From assembly GCA_031385345.1 (NCBI GenBank), contig JANNBI010000524.1, positions 1 through 40,785 on the forward strand: a DNA stretch of 40,785 nt, in the 5' to 3' direction. Source of the stretch: Paracoccaceae bacterium (GTDB lineage: Bacteria; Pseudomonadota; Alphaproteobacteria; Rhodobacterales; Rhodobacteraceae). How positions within the stretch are numbered: position 1 is the stretch's first letter; every line of letters begins with the position of its first letter. Shown one piece after another: positions 25,171 through 32,683 of this stretch. Made by a program: the position numbers and the translations under genes. The notes under the pieces were generated by a model. That model searched no databases. It was not told where the DNA came from and saw only the letters and a program-made list of their open reading frames with translations.

Positions 25171-25551
25171 TCAGGCTTGGGCTTGCTTTTCGGTGATCAT
25201 CGCGGCCAAGGCGGTCACCAGATCGGCGGCGACATAGGGTTTAATATGGACGACAAGCTGGGGGAAGCGCGCGGCGAGTTCGGGCGTCAGGCCCACACCG
25301 GACTGGATGATGATGGGGATACCCGCCTCCATCAGCAGGATCGCGACCGGGGTGATGTCGCCGTCGATCAGATTGGAATCCAGAATGGCGGCCCCGATCT
25401 GGCGGGTTTTGATCAGCTCCAGCGCGTGTTTGACGGTGGCGGCGGGGCCCGCAACCTCGCCCCCGGCGTCTTCGACGGCCAAAGCAAGATCCAAGGCGAT
25501 AAACACCTGATCTTCCGCCACAAGCACCAAGGTTCCGTTCAGCATCGACAC
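25171..25551 (-). CDS. Single-domain response regulator (receiver only)
   Basis: 126 aa. Acidic pocket LVAEDQ, phospho-acceptor context AAILDSNL, and the IIIQSG and HIKPY motifs. Lies 42 nt downstream of the kinase gene. Confidence 0.85.
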   Translation of the reverse strand: MSMLNGTLVLVAEDQVFIALDLALAVEDAGGEVAGPAATVKHALELIKTRQIGAAILDSNLIDGDITPVAILLMEAGIPIIIQSGVGLTPELAARFPQLVVHIKPYVAADLVTALAAMITEKQAQA

Positions 25552-25593
25552 GCCCTGACAACAAAAAATACATAAACTCGGAACTCTAACGCA

Positions 25594-28500
25594 TTACTGC
25601 GAAAGTCGTTCCACCGATGCTGAAAGAATTGCAGTCAAACCGTTTTTGTCCCAGTCGAACCCAAGATTGCCGTGCAGCTGCCCTTCGATACTGTGGCGGG
25701 CCAAAAGACTGCCAAAGCCCTCTTTGGCGGGCGGACCAAGGATCGGCGGGCCGCCCCGTTCCTGCCATTCCAAGGCAAGCCTGCCGTCGTTGATCGACCA
25801 CGAAATCCGGACCTGCCCGGAAGGTGTTGAAAAGCCGCCATATTTCGCGGCATTGGTCGCCAGTTCGTGAAGAACCAGCGCCATGGCGGTGATCGATTCC
25901 GTCCCAAGTGTCACGGTCGGTCCGTCGATCGTGACATGGCGGGTGGGTGCGGATTGTGAGGCATCCGAATAAGGCTCCACAATGGCGCGCACCAGATCGT
26001 CCAGAGTGGTTTCCCGCAGGGCTGCGGTTGCCGATTTCTTGACCCGGATCAGGTCATGCGCGCGGGCCAGCGCCGCAATCCGCCCGCGGATGGTTTGGGC
26101 AAAATCCTGCGGGTTGGCCGCGGTGCGTGCGCTTAGCGTGACCATGCCCCCGACGATGGAAAACAGGTTCTTGACCCGGTGATCCAGTTCTCGCAGCAGA
26201 AGGTCGCGCAGTTCTTCGGATCGGCGCTGATCCTCAACATCGGTATTGGTGCCGAACCAGCGCAGGATCTTGCCGTTTTCGTCCCGGATCGGCTGGGCGC
26301 GCGACAGGAACCAGCGGAAGGTTCCATCGGCACCGCGCAGGGGAAAAGTATCTTCCCAGACCTCTCCGCTGCGCACACAATGCATCAGATGGCGCACGAC
26401 GCGATCAAGTTCGGCGGGATCATGCACGCTGCGCCAGCCCTGACCGGCCATGGCTTCTGGGGTGGTGTTGGTATAATCATACCAGCGTTGATTGAACCAG
26501 TTGATGTCGCCGTTCGGCTCCATGATCCAGGCCAGTTGCGGGATGGATTCGGCCAGGGCGTGAAACAGCTTTTCGGTCTTGCGGGTTTCCGATTCAATTT
26601 TGTCGCGCAGGGTCACATCGACAAAGGTACACACGACGCCGGTGATCACATTATCAATCGTGCGGTAGGGGCGGATGCGCATTTCGAACGACATGGTGGA
26701 ATCTTTCAGCGTCACCGGCCGATGCGTGGGTTCCAGCGTCCGCAGGACCGATTTCACATCCAGCGCCAAGGCGGAATAATCCAGCAGGCTGACGATTTCG
26801 GTGATGGGCCGCCCGATATCGGTGTCGCGCACGCTGAAGATATCAGCAATGCCACGGGTAAAGTTGTTGATGCGCAGCTGTTCGTCCAGAAACAGCGTCG
26901 CGATATCGGTGCTTTCCAGCAGGTTTTTATTGTCGCTGTTCAACCGGGTCAGGGTTTCATTCTTGCCGATCATTTCGACATTGACGGTCTGAAGCTCTTC
27001 GTTGATCGACTGCATTTCCTCTTTCGAGGTTTCCAGCTCTTCGTTGGACGATTGCAGTTCCTCGTTGACCGACTGGTATTCTTCGTTTGAGGATTTCATC
27101 TCCTCATTTGTGACTTCCAGCTCGTCAATCGTCGACATCAGTTGCGCGCGCGTTGTGTGCAACTCTTGCTCCAACGCGTGCATCGAATCTTTGGCGTCCT
27201 TGGATTTCTGCGCCTTGGTTTCGGCGGTGGCACCCTTCCCGCCATCCTGAAACGCGAGGACAATGTATTCGGAATTTTCGCCAATCGGTTCGGCAATCAG
27301 CGTGACCATATGCGGCAGACCGGCCAGCCGCAGCGGAATTTCGCTGCGCTGGACCGCGGTATTTGTGGTTGTGACTTCCAGCAGGACGGACCGTACCGCA
27401 GCGCGCAACGGCTTTCGCAGGATGTCATACAGGGCAAAGCTGGGCGTTCCGGCGGCGGGTTCAAGATAGGGGCCAATCGCGCCGCCCGAAAAACTGACAA
27501 TCTGCTGATTGCGGTCGATCACCAGATGGGGGGGATAGTATTTCTCCATCACGCGGCGGGCGTTTTTGTCGATCCGGTCGCTAAGGTTCGTGGTGGGCGA
27601 GGGCTGCACAGGCTTGGCTTCGCCGGCCTGACTGCGCATCAGCAGATCCGGCAAAACCGTGCCGTCGGTTTCGCGGCGGGTGAAGATGCGGAACTTTTTG
27701 TCCGTCGCGCCAAACAACTTGGCCGTGCGCGTCACGGATTCAGAAGAGCCAAGGAACAGCCGCCCGCCTGGTTTCAGCGCGTAATGAAAGCTGCGAATGA
27801 CGCGGTCTTGCATCATCGGGTCGATATAGATCAGCAGATTGCGGCAGGAAATCAGGTCCAGCTTGGAAAACGGCGGATCTTTTATGATGCTATGCGTTGA
27901 AAACACGCACATTTCGCGAATCTCGGGGGCTATCACTGCATCATTGCCCTGCAATTTGAACCAGCGGTCCATACGGTCGGGGGACATGCCCGCGATGGGG
28001 ATCTGATAGCGGCCCAGCCGCGCCGCCGCGATGGCGCGGTCGTCGATATCGGTGCCGAATATCTGGACTTTCGGTTTGGGCCGCCGGTTGCCAATCGCCT
28101 CACGCAAGAGGATCGCGATGGTATAGGCCTCTTGCCCCGTGGCGCAGCCGGGCACCCAGACCCGCACGATTTCATCGGCGCCTTTGTCGTGAACCAGCGC
28201 CTTCAGCACCGTGTCGTTCAAAACCTCAAACGCCGGGGGGTCGCGGAAGAATTGCGTCACGCCGATCAGAAGTTCGCGGAACAACTGGTCCAGCTCTTCG
28301 GGTTGGTCTTTGATCCGGTCGATGTAGGCTTCGGTGGTTTCGATCTGCAACAACTGCATCCGGCGTTGCAGGCGCCTCGTCAGCGTCTTTTCCTTATACT
28401 GCAAAAAGTCATGCCCGGTCCGCGCCCGCAAGGCACCGAAGATCGTGGCGATATGCTGGGTGGTATCGGTGCTTGGGGCGCTGCCGTCGCGCCGCACCGA

Positions 28501-29136
28501 AACCGAGGTCAGATATCGTTTATAGGCCTTCAGGCGGGCAGGCATCGCCTCTACCGCGAGGATTTCATCGACCAGACCCGCAGCGGCGGCGCTTTGCGGC
28601 ATTCCGGGCAGGGCGTGGCTGTCATATTCGGCTTGGGCAAGGGTAAAGCCGCCACCCTCACGGATGGCGGCGGCACCCAGCGTGCCGTCACTGCCGGTGC
28701 CCGACAGGATGATGCAGATCGCGTTGTCGCCCTGATCCAAGGCAAGCGATTGCAGAAAGGTATCAATCGGCCGTCTGGTCTGACGCGGGGGGGCGGGTTT
28801 GACGACCTGAAGATGGCCGTCGCTGATGGTCATCGTGGCGTCAGGCGGAATGACAAAAACACAGTTCGCGGTGACGCGGGCGCCATCCACCGCCTCGATC
28901 ACCGGCATAGCGGTGGCTTTGCCCAACAAATCGGCCAACATGCTTTTGTGGTCGGGCGACAGGTGCTGCACCAAAACATAGGCCATGCCCGAGTCCGGAT
29001 CGGTGCTGGCGAAAAAGCTGCGAAACGCCTCTAGCCCACCGGCAGAGGCCCCAATCCCCACGATCAGGGGTGTCGCGGACTGCTGTGCCGGACGTGCGCC
29101 CGAGGGCGGAGCGGGGTCCGGTACCTTCTTTTCCAT
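25594..29136 (-). CDS. CheB methylesterase-CheR methyltransferase fusion with PAS domains and a C-terminal HWE/HisKA_2 histidine kinase
   Basis: 1180 aa. CheB-like N-terminus: IVGIGASAGGLEAF. CheR-like region: FFRDPPAFE...VWVPGCATGQEAYT...CRNLLIY. Then a coiled coil, PAS-like blocks, the H-box ELDHRVKNLFS, the N-box HELATNAAKYG and the HWE signature LEWQERGGPP. Confidence 0.9.
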   Translation of the reverse strand: MEKKVPDPAPPSGARPAQQSATPLIVGIGASAGGLEAFRSFFASTDPDSGMAYVLVQHLSPDHKSMLADLLGKATAMPVIEAVDGARVTANCVFVIPPDATMTISDGHLQVVKPAPPRQTRRPIDTFLQSLALDQGDNAICIILSGTGSDGTLGAAAIREGGGFTLAQAEYDSHALPGMPQSAAAAGLVDEILAVEAMPARLKAYKRYLTSVSVRRDGSAPSTDTTQHIATIFGALRARTGHDFLQYKEKTLTRRLQRRMQLLQIETTEAYIDRIKDQPEELDQLFRELLIGVTQFFRDPPAFEVLNDTVLKALVHDKGADEIVRVWVPGCATGQEAYTIAILLREAIGNRRPKPKVQIFGTDIDDRAIAAARLGRYQIPIAGMSPDRMDRWFKLQGNDAVIAPEIREMCVFSTHSIIKDPPFSKLDLISCRNLLIYIDPMMQDRVIRSFHYALKPGGRLFLGSSESVTRTAKLFGATDKKFRIFTRRETDGTVLPDLLMRSQAGEAKPVQPSPTTNLSDRIDKNARRVMEKYYPPHLVIDRNQQIVSFSGGAIGPYLEPAAGTPSFALYDILRKPLRAAVRSVLLEVTTTNTAVQRSEIPLRLAGLPHMVTLIAEPIGENSEYIVLAFQDGGKGATAETKAQKSKDAKDSMHALEQELHTTRAQLMSTIDELEVTNEEMKSSNEEYQSVNEELQSSNEELETSKEEMQSINEELQTVNVEMIGKNETLTRLNSDNKNLLESTDIATLFLDEQLRINNFTRGIADIFSVRDTDIGRPITEIVSLLDYSALALDVKSVLRTLEPTHRPVTLKDSTMSFEMRIRPYRTIDNVITGVVCTFVDVTLRDKIESETRKTEKLFHALAESIPQLAWIMEPNGDINWFNQRWYDYTNTTPEAMAGQGWRSVHDPAELDRVVRHLMHCVRSGEVWEDTFPLRGADGTFRWFLSRAQPIRDENGKILRWFGTNTDVEDQRRSEELRDLLLRELDHRVKNLFSIVGGMVTLSARTAANPQDFAQTIRGRIAALARAHDLIRVKKSATAALRETTLDDLVRAIVEPYSDASQSAPTRHVTIDGPTVTLGTESITAMALVLHELATNAAKYGGFSTPSGQVRISWSINDGRLALEWQERGGPPILGPPAKEGFGSLLARHSIEGQLHGNLGFDWDKNGLTAILSASVERLSQ
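26971..27108 (-). repeat. 21-nt periodic coding repeat (six NEExxxx heptads) inside the kinase gene
   Basis: Encodes NEEMKSS NEEYQSV NEELQSS NEELETS KEEMQSI NEELQTV NVEM. On the plus strand the unit ..ctcttcgtt recurs every 21 nt. Confidence 0.75.
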
Positions 29137-29376
29137 TACGGAGTCGCACCTTTTAATTGGCCGGGTAGGGGGCTTACGACTCGCGCACTTATTACCGGAG
29201 AAAGGCTATGCCATTGGGTGTAGCGAGTCGAGTGCATCGCACTTGCGCGCCCGTCGTGGCGGGGTGGCGGGGGTGGGTGACGGGTTGGATGTGACCCGGA
29301 CGGGATATGGCCTGTCGGCTTTTCGGGATGCCGAGGATCTTTTTGCAGCGGTCCGTTTGCGGCTTGTAATCTGCCT

Positions 29377-29408
29377 TATGGCCTCCATATACCATCCATA
29401 CAGATGGT
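29377..29408. promoter_or_regulatory. Two adjacent small dyads built from CCAT/ATGG units just upstream of the RHH gene
   Basis: TATGG-cct-CCATA (29377-29389) and ACCATC-cataca-GATGGT (29391-29408). The SD GGAGGA is at 29413-18 and the ATG at 29422. Confidence 0.3.
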
Positions 29409-29421
29409 AAGCGGAGGAAGC

Positions 29422-29841
29422 ATGCCCAAACCAACCCTTGTTCCGGCGCCCAAAACCCCGGAGTCTGAAAAGCTGACGCTGAACATCGGCTTCGTCGATC
29501 TGGGTCAGATCGAACTCTTGGTGCAAGAGGGGTTCTATTCCAACCGCAGCGACTTTATCCGCACAGCCATCCGCAACCAGTTGGAACGTCACGCCGACAC
29601 CGTCCGCCAGATCGTCACCCGCAAAAGCGTCGTGCTGGGGATGCGCCACATCACCTTGGCAGAGCTTCAAGCGGCGCAAATGGCGGGTGAGCGGCTGGAC
29701 ATTCGGGTTTTGGGGCTGGCGGTGATCGCGCCGGAGGTTCCGGCGGATCTGGCACGGAACACGATCGCGTCCCTGAACGTTCTGGGCGCGCTACAGGCGA
29801 GTGATGCGGTCAAGGCCGCGTTGGCCGACCGGATCAGTTGA
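29422..29841 (+). CDS. Ribbon-helix-helix (CopG/Arc/MetJ-type) regulator with a C-terminal domain of about 85 aa
   Basis: Track ORF 29404..29841. ATG 29422 follows GGAGGAAG. The RHH signature is KLTLNIGFVDLGQIELLVQEGFYSNRSDFIRTAIRNQL. Confidence 0.75.
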   Translation: MPKPTLVPAPKTPESEKLTLNIGFVDLGQIELLVQEGFYSNRSDFIRTAIRNQLERHADTVRQIVTRKSVVLGMRHITLAELQAAQMAGERLDIRVLGLAVIAPEVPADLARNTIASLNVLGALQASDAVKAALADRIS

Positions 29842-29862
29842 ATTTTTATCAGAAAGCACATC

Positions 29863-31047
29863 ATGACCCCTCCTTTGACACGCAGCATGGCAGCCGTCAG
29901 CGCATTGACCCGGTCGGGCAAGCTGCACGAGGCGACCCGGATGATCCAGTCCTTGCTGGGCGGTTCGGCCCCGGCGCAGACCGCGACCGACGATCTGTCG
30001 GGCGTTGGCGCGCTGATCGACGGCGAGTATATTGAGGTGACGCCAGCGCCTGAACCGGAACCCGAACCCGTCGTGCCGCCCCTGGCGCAGAAACCGGCGA
30101 AACCGCGGGGCCGCAGGACCAGTTTGGCCCAGACCCTGCGCAAGATCGCGGCGGGGGGAATGCCGATGCCGGGGCCGGTGTCCGGGGCGGCGGTCCCGCT
30201 GCCGCAGGGCGCGCAGTTTCTGGCGCTGACCCACAGCACGGCGCAGGGCAGTCGCGGCTACCGTCTGTATATCCCGGCCAATCGTCCGCCGGGGCCAAGG
30301 CCGCTGATCGTGATGCTGCACGGCTGCACCCAAACCGCCGAGGATTTCGCCGCAGGCACCGGCATGAACGCGCTGGCCGAGGAGTTCGGCCTGCTGATCG
30401 CCTATCCGACGCAGCCATCCGGGGCGAATGCGCAGAAATGCTGGAACTGGTATCGCCCGGAAGATCAGGCGCGCGACCGGGGGGAACCGGCGGTAATAGC
30501 CGGGCTGACGCGGGACATTCAACGCGACTACGGGGCCGACCCCACGCGCAGCTATGTCGCCGGTCTGTCGGCGGGCGGGGCGGCGGCGGCGGTCATGGCG
30601 GCGGCCTATCCAGAGGTGTTCTGTGCCGTGGGCGTGCATTCCGGGTTGCCCGCAGGCGGCGCGCGCGACATCCCTTCGGCCTTTGCCGCCATGCGCAGCG
30701 GGTCCAAGGGCCGACCCCACCGGACCCCGGTGCCGACGATCGTGTTTCATGGCAGCGCCGATACAACTGTTCATCCCGACAATGGTTCGGCCGTGATAAA
30801 GCAGGCCTTGCCCGCCATGAAGGGGCTGCGCGCCGCGACGCAGCGCGGGGTGTCGGCGGGCGGGCGCAGCTATAGCACCACGGCGCATCTGGACGACAAG
30901 GGGCGCAGTCTGGCCGAGATCTGGGAGATTGACGGCGCGGGCCATGCCTGGGCGGGGGGGAACTCCGCCGGCAGCTATACCGATCCCAAAGGCCCCGATG
31001 CCTCGCGTCAGATGGTGCGGTTTTTTCTGCAACACCAACGGTCCTAA
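29863..31047 (+). CDS. PHB-depolymerase-family esterase (alpha/beta hydrolase)
   Basis: 394 aa. Motifs: LIVMLHGCTQTAEDF, CWNWY and nucleophile elbow AGLSAGGA. The N-terminal region of about 130 aa has a PEPEPEP linker and no obvious signal peptide. Confidence 0.85.
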   Translation: MTPPLTRSMAAVSALTRSGKLHEATRMIQSLLGGSAPAQTATDDLSGVGALIDGEYIEVTPAPEPEPEPVVPPLAQKPAKPRGRRTSLAQTLRKIAAGGMPMPGPVSGAAVPLPQGAQFLALTHSTAQGSRGYRLYIPANRPPGPRPLIVMLHGCTQTAEDFAAGTGMNALAEEFGLLIAYPTQPSGANAQKCWNWYRPEDQARDRGEPAVIAGLTRDIQRDYGADPTRSYVAGLSAGGAAAAVMAAAYPEVFCAVGVHSGLPAGGARDIPSAFAAMRSGSKGRPHRTPVPTIVFHGSADTTVHPDNGSAVIKQALPAMKGLRAATQRGVSAGGRSYSTTAHLDDKGRSLAEIWEIDGAGHAWAGGNSAGSYTDPKGPDASRQMVRFFLQHQRS

Positions 31048-31105
31048 GCGGCAAACTGCGCGGAGTTACGAACCCCGCGCGGGGTGCCGACGTGCAGATC
31101 GACAG

Positions 31106-31130
31106 GGAACGCCGCCTTGGGTTGTGCGTT
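31106..31130 (+). promoter_or_regulatory. EcfG-type (general stress sigma) promoter, perfect GGAAC-N16-CGTT
   Basis: GGAAC at 31106-31110, a 16-nt spacer, then CGTT at 31127-31130. It lies 35 nt upstream of ATG 31165, and SD AAGAGGAGG sits in between. Confidence 0.6.
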
Positions 31131-31164
31131 AAGCCCCGGTAATCTGCAACAAGAGGAGGCCCCC

Positions 31165-31416
31165 ATGGGCATTATCTGGACCATCATCATCGGCTTTGTC
31201 GCGGGCGTGATCGCCAAATTGATCATGCCGGGCGACAACGAGCCGTCGGGCTTTATCCTGACCACCCTGCTGGGCGTCGTCGGCGCTTTCGTCGCCTCGT
31301 TTCTGGGGCAACGCATGGGCTGGTATGGTCAGGGCGAGGGCGTCGGGCTGATCGGGGCTGCTGTCGGTGCGATCATCGTGCTGCTGGTGTTCGGGATGCT
31401 ACGCAAGCGTGCCTGA
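31165..31416 (+). CDS. GlsB/YeaQ/YmgE-family stress-response membrane protein
   Basis: 83 aa from ATG 31165: MGIIWTIIIGFVAGVIAKLIMPG...GAFVASFLG...GAAVGAIIVLLVF. Confidence 0.85.
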   Translation: MGIIWTIIIGFVAGVIAKLIMPGDNEPSGFILTTLLGVVGAFVASFLGQRMGWYGQGEGVGLIGAAVGAIIVLLVFGMLRKRA

Positions 31417-31476
31417 TCCCGGCGCAGGGGCCCCGAACCCCGCATCCCTGTTTTCACCGAACATCGGAGAGATGAT

Positions 31477-31944
31477 ATGAACAAATCAACACCATCGCTG
31501 TTGGCGCTTTTGGGGCTGGTGGCGGTAGCGGGCTATCAAAACCGGGGCCGGATCAGCGAAATGCTGGCCGATGCCAAGCAAAAGACCGCCGCGCCGGGAT
31601 CGGCGCTGTCCCAGCAGGGCGGGGGCTTCGTGTCTGAAATGGGCCAGATGTTCCAATCCGGCCAGATATCCACCGCTTTGGGCGATCTGGTGGAGCGGTT
31701 CAAAGGGGCGGGCCGGGCGGATGCGGCGCAAAGCTGGGTTTCGGACAAGGCAAACATGCCGCTGGACGTGACCGAGCTTGAGGCGGCTTTGGGCGAGGAA
31801 ACCCTGACCGAGCTGGCGCAAAAAACCGGCCTGACGCGGGCGGAGCTTTTGCTGCGCCTGAACGTGGCCCTGCCCGATGTGGTCAACCGGTTCACGCCGA
31901 ACGGCCGCCTGCCGACCGAGGTCGAAGCGCAAGATCTGCTGTAG
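31477..31944 (+). CDS. YidB-family (DUF937) protein
   Basis: 155 aa. Motifs: LGDLVERFKGAGRADAAQSWVS...N.P and LTELAQKTGLTRAELLLRLNVALPDVVNRFTPNG. Confidence 0.8.
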   Translation: MNKSTPSLLALLGLVAVAGYQNRGRISEMLADAKQKTAAPGSALSQQGGGFVSEMGQMFQSGQISTALGDLVERFKGAGRADAAQSWVSDKANMPLDVTELEAALGEETLTELAQKTGLTRAELLLRLNVALPDVVNRFTPNGRLPTEVEAQDLL

Positions 31945-31982
31945 CGAACGGCGGCCCCGGCCCCGTGCCGGGATGCCGCCCA

Positions 31983-32032
31983 GGGGTCCGACCTGCTGTC
32001 AATCCTCCCGATTTGACCATGGGTCGGACCCC
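31983..32032. repeat. Perfect 11-bp inverted repeat with a 28-nt spacer in the yidB / PNPOx-like gene spacer
   Basis: GGGGTCCGACC (31983-31993) and GGTCGGACCCC (32022-32032). Confidence 0.5.
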
Positions 32033-32070
32033 ACGACATTCCCCCCCTTCATGCTTAAAGGATTGAAAGA

Positions 32071-32562
32071 ATGGACACTGACGCCGAAATCACCGCTATT
32101 TTCTGGCAGCATCTGCGCGCCGACCGCACCGTGATGCTGGGTCTGGAAGCCCGGACCGCAACCAGCCTGCGCCCGATGACGGCGCTTGTGGACGGTGACG
32201 CCGATCACGGCCCGATCTGGTTTTTCACCACGACGGATGCGGCGCTTGTCACGGATTTGCGGGCCGAGGATCTGGCGATCTTTACCTTTGTGTCGCAAGG
32301 GCATGAGGTTTTCGCCACCGTGCATGGCCATATGTCGCTGGCCACCGACCGCGTCACGGTGGAGCGGTTGTGGAACCCTTGGGTTGCGGCCTGGTATGAG
32401 GGCGGCAAGGACGATCCGAAGCTGGCCTTGCTGCGCTTTGATCCCGCCCGCGCCGAGATCTGGCGCAACGGGTCCAGCCTGCTGGCCGGGCTGAAGCTGC
32501 TGTTTGGCGGTGATCCGCAGGACGACTTCAAGGATAAGGTCGCCAAGGTGTCCTTGTCTTGA
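32071..32562 (+). CDS. Pyridoxamine-5'-phosphate-oxidase-like protein (general stress protein 26 family)
   Basis: 163 aa. Motifs: IWFFTT, FATVHG, LWNPWVAAWYEGGKDDP and LLRFDPARAEIW. Confidence 0.8.
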   Translation: MDTDAEITAIFWQHLRADRTVMLGLEARTATSLRPMTALVDGDADHGPIWFFTTTDAALVTDLRAEDLAIFTFVSQGHEVFATVHGHMSLATDRVTVERLWNPWVAAWYEGGKDDPKLALLRFDPARAEIWRNGSSLLAGLKLLFGGDPQDDFKDKVAKVSLS

Positions 32563-32574
32563 TGCTGGTTACGG

Positions 32575-32607
32575 AAACGGGCGGCCCTAAATGGGTCGCC
32601 CGTTTTT
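32575..32607 (+). terminator. Rho-independent terminator
   Basis: AAACGGGCG (32575-83) pairs with CGCCCGTTT (32597-32605), followed by T-run 32603-07. Confidence 0.75.
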
Positions 32608-32683
32608 GGTTAGTTCAGACCCGACGACCCGCCCTTCGCGCTGAAGAATGGATCATCGGGTCATGATCAGGGGCGGTCGCCGC

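Noticed and set aside
29667-31054. Several long minus-strand ORFs (190, 415, 173 and 153 aa)
   Set aside because: They are antisense to the esterase gene and are Arg/Pro/Gly-rich shadow frames with no motifs.
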